From positions 125,922,001 to 125,986,000 of the forward strand of contig OZ024740.1 of the NCBI GenBank assembly GCA_964016885.1: DNA of 64,000 nt, written 5' to 3'. This DNA is from Eledone cirrhosa (lineage: Eukaryota). Of this stretch, positions 50,843 to 64,000 are shown in pieces. Numbering within the stretch: position 1 is the stretch's first letter; each line of letters opens with the position of its first letter. The notes under the pieces are model-generated. The model saw only the letters and a program-made list of their open reading frames with translations. It ran no database searches and was not told the DNA's origin. The position numbers and the translations under genes were made by a program.

Positions 50843-51045
50843 TAAAGTCTATTTCGAGCCGGGCAACTCGTCAGGCCGGTGCTTATCTCGGTTTCAGGGG
50901 AGTGAAGCGACTGATAGTACAAGACTGTACCCTGGACAGGACGCCAGTCCATTGCAGGTTTAAACCCCAAGCTATGGCTGGTATTCGTTTTCAGTTGAAT
51001 ATTCTGGAGCAACGTGAAATGAAGTGTTTTGCTCAAGAATATAAC
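50843..51045 (-). mobile_element. SINE family B fragment
   Basis: TGAAATGAAGTGTTTTGCTCAAG is the reverse complement of the family B core. Confidence 0.65.
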
Positions 51046-54000
51046 ACAGTCATTTCGTAGATGAAGTCAGAGTTAGACAAAACCTACCCAATGATATCTA
51101 CTGTACTTACCTGAAACTAGAAAATGGCCGTAGTTATTGACAAATACTGTATTTTTGTCGCGCCACAGTTATTTCTCCTTACACTTTGAATGCTTTTTAA
51201 TTACAATTTGGGCAATAGTCTATCTATTGTTAATGATGTTCACCTTCAACTAGCGTTACTGGTAAATAAAATACACATGTTCTAAAATAAACAGAATATT
51301 AAATACAACTATAACAGCCACAGTTATTTGACCAACATGCTTCAAAAGACATGTTATAAATGAAGCTAATAACATGGTGCTCCCGCCACACCAATACAAA
51401 CGAAATCTATAATGCCAATAAGAAAAGTATAAGCGTTATAACCGAAAATTCTACAGTTCACACAGCAAATTACATACGTCGATACCATCAGTCATATAAA
51501 AATGAATAACTCATCTTGCTGGCTATCATGTTATAGAGTCGAAGACAAATATATAACATTTTGTTTATCACTGGAAATTCTAACCGCTGGGGTCGGTATA
51601 ATCGACTTTCCCTTCTCTGCAAAATTACTGGTCTTGTGCCAAAATTAGAAGCCAGTATTAAACCGAATTACAGGTTAAATACACCCTTTCGAAGGATTCT
51701 TTGAATCCGATAGACTATTGTTCATTTTCTGTCTATCCAATTAAATGCACAAAGTTTAAACCGACCTGAATCTATTACGGGATACAACCAATGTGCCGCA
51801 AAGTTGGATCGAAGTCGAAAACAGGGACTACTAAGAACATTTTTAATTACTTGGCTCATAACAAATGGTCTTTACGAGAGTACCCTCTCTGAAAGCTCAT
51901 CAATGAAGTACTTGTCATTCGAAAATTATTCAAATAGAAATTCCTTTTTAAGGAAAAGCATAGAAGACATCAAAAATGCTATAGAAAATAGATTTTATCA
52001 AGAAATATACAGAAACATCTGCTGGAAAGAGAATGTATAATCATTTTGTATTAGAGGATGCAATACATGTTAGCTCGTTTAAAACGTTGTTACTCGAAAG
52101 TAAAATTTGTAATGCTGCAACTTCTCTACAAGTACACTATTTGAGAAAATTTTGAATATTGTATATATATATATATATATTCAAGTATCAACAAATAAGT
52201 CCTAATCATTATAACAGCTTCTACTTAGGCCAAATACTTATGTTCTTCGGGACGACGAGAGAGACTATGTGGTCACTTGATCTGGTAGAAACTGTGAAAC
52301 AGTGTTTCTGAAATCAAAACGAATCATTTTCGGAAAGGAAAATACACATTAAGTAACAATCTAAGCAGACCACAAGGTTTTATGGTAATCGAGAGCATAA
52401 AACATTTGATTAAAAGGTCTGTTCCATACAAGTTAACCGGGGACAAAACAACAACACCAAAACCATCAATCTATAGTCATTCCCAGACGATTAAACATAT
52501 AGCTAAAAGATGAAAATTTTTCACGTTCATATAGTAGCTAGAGGGTAACATGGCATCATAACCTTAAAATATCCTGGTCCATATTCAGCGTAGTAAAGTC
52601 TAAAGATGCATTAATATTGTCTGGCACTTTGCTGAGCGCTTACAATTTTGAGTTGTCCCACTGGTGTCTATACTATCGTTTAGGTCAATTACACTTTCAT
52701 GAGCCCTTTGTCAATTACAAGCTTGTAGATAGAGATAAGATATAGTTTTTGTATCACAGAATTGACTGTTCTTCTTAAGCTTTATATTGAACCCAGCACT
52801 TACTCAGCTAGTGATATAATTTGTATTTCCGCCCGCAAGAGCGCCTTCCACGTCATTTCCGTTTGTGTTTCGTCTGTGAGCAATACGACATATCAATCCG
52901 TACGTTTAAATATATGTTTCATATTATGCAACGGAAGGTCGGTGAACAATTTTTTTTCGTAAGCACACACAATTACTCACATGCACTATATTTGCAATGT
53001 ATGGATTTCAAATCATTAGCTTGATTCTATCTTTATGATGTTATATCCTGCTATTACAACATAATCCTATATTTATTTTGTTCAGCTCGATAAACAACGT
53101 TTTCCTGTATGTGCATAATTATGGGATAAATTCTTGTAAATATCCTAAATATGTGTGTTCTCCATTGAATAATGAATTATTGTTATTTTACTGTCATTTT
53201 ACTCAATCCAGATTTGAGCACTTTATAACAAGGGAATCTGAAAAAGATTTCGTTCAAACATTTAACAGTTTATTCAGAATGTATTACTATATTTGTAATG
53301 TCTATTTCAACATATTACTATTTCCCTAAGGCGGTAGATTAGCAGAATAAAAAACCCTGCAGTATTTATTCTGGTTCTTCACGTTCCGAGCTCTACTCCT
53401 ACCAAGAACAATATTGTTTTAATCTACCCGGTTTCGATAAAATGAAGTACTATTCAAATAACGAAGTCGATATTATCGAGTAAACCCTTCTCCAACATTT
53501 GAGAGCTTGTGCATTTTGAATTGTCAATGCAATTTCTTTAAGACTAAAACAGTCTTTCTAACTGAAAAACTCCGAGAAAATAAACAGCTAGTGACAACAA
53601 AATTCTACCCCCTATAAGTATTTGATGGAAAACGTAGAAAAGAAAAATGCATCACTACTTATCGAAAATCTCCACATCTGACTTAAAAAATAAGATCCCA
53701 ATAATGTTAAAAAAACCTGTTCACACTAAAAGGTTTGCTAATGAAAACAAAAGAATAAAAAGATGAAACAAAAAATATGTTTACAGAATTTTAAGTTGAA
53801 AGTAGCAAACTATTAGAGCGTTGAACTAAATGTCTTGGTGCCTTGTCATTTATTCCTGGTTTCTGCAGTCGAGGCCAACTTTTATTTTGCATCCAGTCGA
53901 TAAAGTGCCAGTCCATGGCAGTGGATTAGTGGTATTATTAAATATTCGGTAGGGATGTCTTGCAAATATGTACCCACTCTATTACTTCTGTATTGAAATC

Positions 54001-56217
54001 ACTCCTTCACTTGTCGGAAAAGAAAGCAGAGAATCTTCTGCTAGGCATTGGTGACCGATAGTTAATATCAGCAATGAAAAGACCAATTGAAACTGTCTCT
54101 TTGGTCCAGCCAAATGATCAGCTTCTTTCCGCTTTCAATTTTATTGCCATTTCTACCTCCCTAAAATCACACCAAACCAAAATAGCCGCCGCATTTTAAA
54201 ATGTATTATCTGAATAAATTATAGCTAGCAATTGAGTTCTTGATAACAGTTCAAAACATCATTTTTAAAAGCATAAAATTATTTATATTTTTCTAGTGCA
54301 TGTATGATTAATGATACAGGTTGTACTGATTTACAACCGAGAGTTGTAAATAGCCTTATTGAAAGGGAATCCAAACGGAAATATTGAGATAGATGTGTAA
54401 CGAATAGATGGAATTGTTGGTATGATGGTTTCAATGCAAAGAATAATACCAGGATTGTGTTGTTACAATGTTTATTTTATTATAACAATATTCAATTTGA
54501 ATATTGAATGATAAAATCTATAACATGAAATATTCGTACAATAAGTTGGTGGCTCTTCGAGCCACGTAAATTCAAATATCACAGAATACGATTATAATAT
54601 AATTTGTATTGTATCTGAAAGATACAATATGACAGACAGAATTGGTGCGTGTAAAAATGCAAGCAGTGTGAACTTACTATGTGTGCGTGTGTGCGTATAG
54701 TATACTTTCTTGTCTTAGCAGTAGTAGTAATCGATCAGCCAGGCGGGAAAGGCATGTGTGAAATTAGTGAAGGGAGATTTGACAGCGTCGGTGATGCCCC
54801 CTTTCTTGTCTGTAAGTCTCACTTTTTCTGCCGGGTGTAAACAACCCTTGTATTTATAAGGGTTGAAGTTAGAAGGATAGATATATCATCTGACCTGTGG
54901 TTAGCATCTCCCAAGGGATTGATCTGCTGGGCGTAAACAACTAACCACGGCTTGTCCCAATGGCGGGAAAGCTCAGATTCGGTTCCGAATCTTCGTCGCC
55001 GTTATAGATGATTCGTTTCCTGTTTTTGTATCCTTGGATAGGACACTCAGCTGTGTAAGACAGTGCTCATCTCGCTCCAACGCTTGGATGCTTAGCACCA
55101 GGTCAGCTGTAATTGACAAGACCTATGTATGAGCAAAGGTGTTTTAGCCCCAATCATTGCACCTTTCTCTCGGGAGATTACAATATCTAACATGGTTTTC
55201 CCTATTCATGGGTGTAATTTGAAGGAGATTTGGTTGTTATTTCTTGCGTACTGAGCGACTACCTATATGTACCTAGATGGCAGCTAGGTGCTACAGCTTG
55301 ATTAATGTATTGCTTCGGGCATTATGACTATGCTTGAATCATCCCAAACCGAAGCATTACCGTTTAAGCCAACTCACCATCTTCTGTATAGAAAACAAAA
55401 TGAAATATTGATTTTAAATCACAGACGGATATCCTGAAATTTATTATGTCTTTCTTTGGTACATGAGTGGGATATGTCAGTGGATGTGACGTCACTAGAT
55501 GATCGAAGATAAGTCGTTTTTATTCATGTAAATGTCAAGATACTTCCGTTGATGTAATTTCAATTTTCTGTGAAGTATTCCTGTGAGTCTCCACTAGTAC
55601 ATTTAGTAGTAATTTTCTCTCTACGTAAGTTATCAGCCACAAGTCAACCCAGACAAAGCAAATCTTTGATATAAAATGTTTTAGTTATGACCATCCTGTC
55701 ATTTTAAATATCTAAGATTAATTTATCTAATGTGCCCTCTTGATATTTATGGGTGTGATATCAAGAATTGGCTGCAAATTCTAGCAGGCGGGGCTATCAT
55801 GTAGAAACATCCCCGTTGACCCGTATTTGTAGTAGTTTAGTGAGAATGTGATTGCCTGAATGGATAAAGTGGAAGACAACTACCCGAGAAGTAGGTCGAG
55901 CGTAATCCATATATCATCCATAAGGCGTTATGTCAATTGAAATAGTACCCCTAGCAGTAAACAATTACTGTAGGCTAGAAAGAACTCCCCACTTTTAGTA
56001 GCAGCACTGTAAATTTGACAAATTGTATATTAAATTGAAGTAGAGGTAATTGTAATAGCAATAGAAGTAGGTGAGGGATTATGTATAGCAGTAATAACTT
56101 GGTGAATATATCAAAGGTATAGAGCAACTCAAGCACTTGTGAACAATTTTAATATATAATTACACGAAATTGAGTTACAGCTTATATATATATAAATAAT
56201 CTTGACCAAGATACAAT

Positions 56218-56406
56218 AATTGTTTCTACTTTTGGCACAAGGCCAGCAAATACCCAGTGTATTACTGGTACTTTATTTTATCGACCCCGTAAGGATGAAA
56301 GGCAAAGTTAACCTCGGCGGGATTTGAACTCAGAATGGCAAGAGCCGTAACTCAAAGCGTCAAAGCATGGCGTCCGACCCTCTACCGATACTGCCAATCG
56401 ACCGCC
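56218..56406 (-). mobile_element. SINE family A, young, TSD CTTGACCAAGATACAATAAT
   Basis: 20-bp duplication at 56201 and 56407; CpGs retained. Confidence 0.92.
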
Positions 56407-56656
56407 CTTGACCAAGATACAATAATATCAATCATATTATCTAGCAAACGCTCTATGACAAAGCAGTTGCTAAAAGAACCAGTGAGAGCATGCACATCAG
56501 GCAATATTACCTAGACTAACGTATTCAAGACCATGCATACATATAATAGATATAAAAGGCTTAAGAAATGCGAGAAGGCAAGCAATGAACGCACAGGAAA
56601 ATGGTAAATACCAATCCTTAAAGCCGATACAGTTATATTTTAAGCCGTAAAGAAAT

Positions 56657-56786
56657 AATTGTTTGTACTATTGGCACAAGGCCAGCAATTACCTCGGCGG
56701 GATTTGAACTCAGAATGGCAACGGCCGTAACTCAATGCGTCAAAGCATGGCGTCCGACCCTCTACCGATACTGCCAAGTCACCGCC
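56657..56786 (-). mobile_element. SINE family A with a ~60-bp internal deletion, TSD TAAAGAAATAA
   Basis: GCAATTAC|CTCGGCGGG junction removes the central body. Confidence 0.85.
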
Positions 56787-57154
56787 ATAAAGAAATAAGG
56801 TAGATTGTTATTATCAGATAAAAGTCATCATTAATATGTTTGGCTTATCCTCAGTAAGTAACATCTTATTACATACACATAGCTTCAGCCGTCATCTATA
56901 CAGTCAAATCATAAACTGTGAAGCACATGTACAATAACGACTAAGCGGAATGACTTGGCGGAACTTTGGATAAATAATTATTTGCAGCCACGTATAGCCA
57001 CAAATGCAGGGTTAGAACGCAGTGCATTGTGATTGGAAATCAATCTTTTTTTTTTACTGAAGCAACATGACTGAGATAAGAAATACATTGTGTATACATT
57101 TTAAAGTGTTATAGGCAGATGTACATATAAAAACATACAAACGTGCTTGACTAG

Positions 57155-57338
57155 GGCAGTATCAGTAGGGCATCAGGTGACATACTTTGTGGTTTATAGA
57201 TATCGTCCCTTTACGTTCTCAGTTCACATCTAGCCGAGGTTAGCATTGACTTTCATCCTTCCGGGGTCGATAAAATAAAGTACCAGTAAAGGACTGGGGT
57301 CGATTTGGCCTAGCGCCTTAATCAGAAACCATTATTAT
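57155..57338 (+). mobile_element. Diverged SINE family A relative
   Basis: GGCAGTATCAGTAG...CCGAGG...GGGGTCGATAAAATAAAGTACCAGT. Older relatives also occur near 48596-48720, 53328-53520, 57568-57760 and 63395-63520. Confidence 0.65.
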
Positions 57339-58351
57339 GGTTGATTGCTATTGAATTACGAAGTGTCGAATTGGCATTGTCAGTCGGGTCGTCAGATTAA
57401 ATGATCCAAATCCCACTGTGGTCAACTTTCTCTTTCATCCTTTCGGAGCAGATAATTCACCAATGAAGAGTATGGTAAATTGGTGCAATTTTTAATGAAT
57501 TGCCGAATTCGCTGTGCATTCTGTGTTTAAATCTATTATGCCTTATTTTATATCTTAATGAAAGAATGATTTCTAATTTAGGCACAAGGCCAACGATTTT
57601 TGGGAAGGGGAAAGGTGATTACATTGACCCCAGCACTTTATTTTATTACATTAACGCTGGTACTTTATTTTAACGACACCGAATGGTTGAAAGGCAAAAT
57701 TGATCATTGTAGGATTTGAACTCAGGACGTAAAAAGCCGTAATAAATGCCGCAAATAACTCACTCAAACAAACTAACAAACAAGTAAACAAACGAGCGAC
57801 AATCAGGGTTAATGGCGTTCAGTTTTCGATTTAATGTCATCAAATTTAATCATATACGTGAAATATACGTCCATATTTAATATTCTAAACTAGCAACCAA
57901 CAGTATTGCATTTGAACGTTATTAAGGGGTATAAGAACGGGCTGGTCTTGAATGAAGTTTCATCCAATTTATAATTTTCCCTATCTAACAATCCTTAAAC
58001 TTAATTTGCTGCTCTCGCTCTCACTGTTAGAATGACAATTTGACGAAAGTTGCTTTTGATATCGTTACAACTTATCATGATCACTATGTTAATCAGCATC
58101 CTATTTTCATTTGATTATCCTTCTGCATCTCCTCCGCTTCTTCATCGTCGTCTTCATTACCATAATCACCGATAGCGACTTTCAGATATTGTAAGCCAAG
58201 GCTTGTCCCTTCCTCCAGCACAGTAACTTATTCAAATGAGGTTTACAATTATATAAAATCAGCCTGCTGCTGCCAAATGAAATATATAGGGATTAGTGGC
58301 TAGAGTGTTGTGCTTACGACCATGAGATAACGAGTTCGTGGCTACCTGACT

Positions 58352-59016
<665 letters not shown>

Positions 59017-59520
59017 TGAGGAGAGTGACTTTGGACATCCTGCAGGACTAAAAACAAAACCTGTCAAAGGGAAAAGGAGCTCTTAAGAGTCAATGGACAT
59101 TCAAAATCACCGGGAGAGATGACCCCTTAGCCTTTGTCAAGGCAGAATTCTAGGAAAAGGAAAACTCTGATATAACACCTGCAACCCTGATGGTATCAAA
59201 TGATGTTGACTTGCTCTTCTTTTTGGTAATTATTATCTTGGTTAAGAGAGTGGGACTGGCTTTGTGCAGTGCCTTTGCTCACTATAAAAGCATCACGGCA
59301 CAGGCATTGTTTTATATCTGGAGATCTCTCTGCACTTGTCGTCACATGGTACCATGGGCCCAGCACTATGTGTCAATAATTGTCACAAGTGTAGTGTTTG
59401 TACCAGAGTTTTCAAGTCGCTGGCTGGACTAAAAAGTCACACTCGTTCAGCGCATCGGTAGGGGTCTCCTACATGGATATAAAGTAGTGGCCGTACTCGA
59501 AAACGAGTTGGCAGCCACCA
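59017..59520 (+). repeat. Interspersed repeat ending in (TGTA)n; relatives at 35127-35333 and 35415-35940
   Basis: Shares GGTGAGGAGAGT..TTTGGACA, AACTCTGATATAA and GGACTAAAAAG blocks with the 35 kb copies. Confidence 0.7.
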
Positions 59521-59539
59521 TGTATGTATGTATGTATTT

Positions 59540-60974
59540 TTCTCTTTCTCTAAATTTTGAGTACATTTTTGACCAGCCACCTTCCTGGTGGCAAGTTTGT
59601 AAAAGAAAAGAAATTGTCACCCCTTGAATCTCAAGAATGTTTTGCAAATTTTGAAGGTGCCAGATATCGCGCCCATTCGTAGTCTATACATGAATGCATG
59701 TTATCTCTTTCTCTTAATTACGAGTATATTTTTTTTGACCGGCCACCTTCCTGGTGGCAAGGTTGTAAAAGTAAAGAAATTGTCATCCCTTGAATCGCAA
59801 GAATGATTTGCAAATTTTGAAGGTGCCAGCAATCGCAACCATTTGCAGACTATGAATTAGGGAGCTGCGCTCTTTGTCCGCAAATCCAAGTTCAGTCATA
59901 CTTTGGTCCAAGCGTATTGGTATATAACCCGTAGTATGAAGGTAAAGGTGGTATCTTGGATACTGGATTTGTAAACTCCTCACCGTAGATGTCCTCCTTC
60001 TCCTGTATTTTTCTGACAACGTTTACATCAAGTGGGCAGCTGGTTCCCACAACAGAACACGTTTTCAATATGTGGTCCCAAACAACAATATCAGGCCGGT
60101 TGTGCTTTAATTTGGTCGCAGTTTTTATTTTCAGGTTCCACCAGTATTCCTTAGTGCCATCTGTCTCAATATATTCTTCCCCGTTTGTTGTTAATTTTGT
60201 TTGCCGAAGTGTGTTCCAGATGGTTCTAGCTATCCCATCGTGTCTCATGGGGAGGTAGTAGCGAGATGACATTCTTTCGCAGCTGGCAACAATGTGGCTT
60301 ACATCCTCGATCTTTGTTTTACATAGCCTACATTTATTGACAGCTGATGGCCCTCCTCTTTTGTGCAGCAGATATTTGGTAGGGAGTTCTTGTTCCTGTA
60401 TTGCATAGAGATATCCCTGAAGGTGTGTTGTCATAAACTTGTCGGAACTCCATGCCAGGCTTTTTGAGTGGTTTATCCCCTCTATGGTCTGTGTTTTACG
60501 TCTCAAGTATCCATGCACAACTTTTTCTCTAAATTGGTCAATTTTTTTATCTTGTTTGAACATTGAATAGGATCTTCCGATTTCTCTGGGTGAGAGATTT
60601 ATATCAGGCTTTATTCCATATATCTCCTCCAGATCAGTGGCTATTCTAATGATATTTTTTTTTTCATGCTCATACACCTGGGCAAGATGGTTGCCAACCT
60701 TTTTCCTCTGTTGTAGATGTTGCTTCAGTGTTACTATCCGGGTCTCATATGATGTTAATATGGATTTTAGACCCCGGCCACCTTCCTTGCGTGAGAAGTA
60801 TAGCATATCTACATCACCATTGATGTTAAAGTTCCCAGTAACACTGAGAAGTTTTCGAGTTCTAACATCCATCTCACTTAGTTCTTGCAATGACCAGTTC
60901 AGCAGGCCAAATGTTGGCGTTAGAATTGGCACAGCATAAGTATTGTGGGCAATGTATTTGTTGTACGCTGACAT
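59540..60974 (-). mobile_element. R4/Dong-like LINE 3' fragment (360-codon ORF) plus a second short 3'-end copy, within (TACA)n
   Basis: LYFSRKEGGRGL, AIQEQEL, CRLCKTKIEDVSHIVASC, RHD, NRPDIVVWD; 3' end duplicated at 59566-59680 and 59732-59843. Confidence 0.85.
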
Positions 60975-61464
60975 GTATGTATGTACGTATATATGTATGT
61001 GAGTATGTATCTATGTATATATGTATGCATGCACGTTCATTCACGGGAACATGGAAATACTCGGTTTGCTGACCGAGTGCACATTTAGCACACCGTGAGT
61101 GAAAGACTCCTTGTTATCGTTCGGATATTATTCTAGAAGAAAAACTGATGTAAAGCCTGCGACGCGACGGCAGAAATGATGTTCACCTGGTCTTCCTTTT
61201 GCTGTTCAGTAAGTGATATTTGTTCTGTGCAAGGCCTTTCTTCACTTTAAAAAGTTTCAAGTATAGACATCACTTGATCTAAACAAATTTCAGGCGTGTC
61301 GTGTGAGTATGGACTTTTCTTTTCCCGTTCGGTGCAGCATATGCGGAAAGGAATCTAAGACTTTGGTAGGGGTAATATGTCATGTTCGTGCCATGTATGA
61401 AAAGGTCAAGGGAAGTTAATTCTCGAAACCAACATGATGTATGTATTATGTATGTATCAATCTA

Positions 61465-61995
61465 ATAGATAAATCTCTTTATTAGCCACAAGGGCACAAA
61501 AGAAGGGGACAAATACAAATGGGGAGTTTACATACAGGTATATGAAAATAAAACTATTAATACAATAACAAATAACAATTGAAATCCCAATAGGGGGAGG
61601 TGTTACATAGGGGTTGTACACACCCCGAAAAAATGTACAACCCTCATCTCCAGGAGCACCAAGAGTGAGTACTCCCTTCCCCTCTTCCTCTTTTTCCTCA
61701 ACCTACAGGCTTATATAGAGAGACGGCCCAACCACTCGGGCCATCTTTGCCACATTCACCCACCTTTTATAAAATTGCTGGGGTACAGCACCTCTCTCTC
61801 CATCCTGATTCTTCTTCCAAAATGATATATGAAAAAACGAATCAGTTGCTTGCCGGAGAGAAAGGTGTCTGACCTCAGCCCTTTTAACCTCGTCCACCAT
61901 ATAACCTCTTTCACCATAGCCATAACACATAGGAAAACCGCCTCTCCCTCGTTTTTGAAGGAGGGTGGCGGTTTGATCATGACAATGGACTCTTA
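61465..61995 (-). mobile_element. L1/Tx1-like 3' fragment
   Basis: AMVKEVIWWTR...FYKRW is typical of an L1/Tx1 ORF2 C-terminus; AATAAA near the end. Confidence 0.6.
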
Positions 61996-62645
61996 GATTG
62001 ATAGATAAAAAGGGGGATAGCTTCCTAGCTAGCTACCGCCTTCTCTCTATTGTTTGGGATATCTTTTTTGCCTTACTTCATCCCACCCTCTCTCTCGCGT
62101 TCTCTCTCCAACGTTTGCTCTTTCTTAGACCTCACACACCTAATTTAACTTTTTATTGATCTATTCATAGATTTTCAATATTTTTTCTGAATATATTGAT
62201 CTCTCTTCTATTCATATATTTCCACCCACTTTGATGTCACATTCTTTTCTTTTTATTGAACGTTTTACTGTCTAGTGTTTATTCTTTGACTCACTCCCCC
62301 TCTCCTTCACTTCTCATTGATCTTTTTACTTTCTTATCGTATCCTTTCACCCCTCTTTCAAGTGTATAGCTGATTAAACGATCAGAAGACTTCAGTAGAA
62401 AAAGATGTTTGGTTAGCTAAGATGTCACCTCCTACATAAACACAAGCTAACTAACGAATCGTGTTAATCCTACAGTGAACGTACTCTTTACAGTATATGT
62501 TGTTGTTTTTCAACCTCTTTTCCGTAATCGGAGACTGGGTCAATGACAATAAATAACTTTGTCAGGGATACATATAAACAGCTGACATTCGGCTGGTAGA
62601 CCAACGATTTTGGCATATCACCAATCGGCTATAGTTTAATAGTAA

Positions 62646-62832
62646 TAATTGTTTCTACTTTAGGCACAAGGCCAGCAATTACCCAGTGCATTACTGGTAC
62701 TTTATTTTATCGACCCCGTAAAGATGAAAGGCAAAGTCAACCTCGGCGGGATTTGAACTCAGATCGTAAAGGGACGTAACTATGCTGGAAAGCATGGCGT
62801 CCGACCCTCTACCGATACTGCCAATCCACTGC
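62646..62832 (-). mobile_element. SINE family A, young, TSD ATAGTTTAATAGTAATAAT
   Basis: Nearly identical to the 3908 copy (shared GATCGTAAAGGGACGTAACTATGCTGGAAAGC); 19-bp duplication. Confidence 0.92.
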
Positions 62833-62989
62833 TCTTTAATAGTTTAATAGTAATAATGATTATTTTTACCATAGACTGACGTGCCCTAAGCTTTTGACTC
62901 TTTATTGAGTCGTAACGGCCCCATTTTAATATATGGTATGTCTTGGACATTTAAACCTGGCGGATTCAATCCCTTTCCAAATGAGAACA

Positions 62990-63045
<56 letters not shown>

Positions 63046-64000
63046 GAATAATCTCACAGTACTGGACTGATAGTTTATTTATTGATCTTCAAAGGATGAA
63101 TAATAAAAGTGTTCTTAGAGTGCTGAAACGAATAATGTGTAACAATACATATATATGACATTCTAACGATTTTGTCAATTTGCCGCCTAGACACAAAACA
63201 ACATTTATTAAACGATCTCATGACTTTACAAAGTATTGTTTTACCTATAGGAAAGAAAAGGAGCCGATTGTCAGATGGAACTAAGAAACACAATTGGTCT
63301 TTTCATGGCCAATACTAACTTCTGAAAAAAGGAGATGAGATCCGAACTCAGAATGCAAAACAATTTATCCGAATTTTGTAAATTTTGCCATTCCTATGCC
63401 CTGGTACATTATTTATTTACCTCAAAAGGATGAAGCGCAAAGTTGATGTCGGTTGGATTATAAACTTCGAACACAGGAACAGAATAAATACCAAGGGATT
63501 TAATCCGTGGCACTAACAATCGTGAGATTTTCATCGAAATATACATCTCTCTCTCTCTCTCTCTCTTTTTCTCTCTCTCTCTTTCTTTCTCTCTCTCTCT
63601 GTGATAGTATATGGTAGTAGGGGAAAACTATGCGGGAAGATTTAGCGTCCTATATCCACATTGATACAGTATCAATCTGATTCATACAAAACTGGAAAAA
63701 CCACCTCAACCAATTTTCTCTCCCCCTTGATGTCTGGGGAAATATTCAAATCCCGAGGCCCTATAACCAGATGTTAATTCGTGAAACAAAAGCTAACCAA
63801 TATGGATAGATTTTCTATATTTCTTTTCGTGTCCGCCGTATGGCGCTGAAAGTATTGTTGTGGCCACGTTTTGTACGTTATATTCTTATCCACTTCCCAT
63901 ACCTGAGAGAGAGAGAGAGAGAGAGGGGGGGCATGGGGCTTCTGATATCCTCTCTAGTTCTTGTCTGGTACTTTAACTTCTCTCCTCTAATCTAGAAAGA

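Overview
This is AT-rich eukaryotic (animal) non-coding DNA packed with transposable elements, with no recognisable intact host gene. The SINE/RTE repertoire and dense (AAT)n/(TA)n/(CA)n microsatellites resemble octopus/cephalopod genomes (inference, not verified). From left to right: a decayed L1/Tx1-type LINE (minus); a ~6.3 kb Helitron with a disrupted RepHel gene and intact hairpin+CTAG 3' end; several R4/Dong-like (RLE-endonuclease) LINE fragments; a ~2.1 kb degenerate satellite; a young RTE LINE with an open 749-codon RT ORF carrying a PHD finger, bracketed by 168-bp inverted repeats with a hammerhead-like fold; a Penelope-like element with a hammerhead-like motif in its 3' region; a pogo-type MITE; more than ten copies of one tRNA-derived SINE; and a perfect 245-bp fold-back. 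Second-look signals are a 44-bp direct repeat flanking RepHel plus a second helicase tail in the Helitron end, candidate 42-nt minus-strand mini-exons or recursive splice sites, and a sharp CpG-depletion boundary near 41-45 kb. Everything was read by eye, so boundaries are approximate unless stated.
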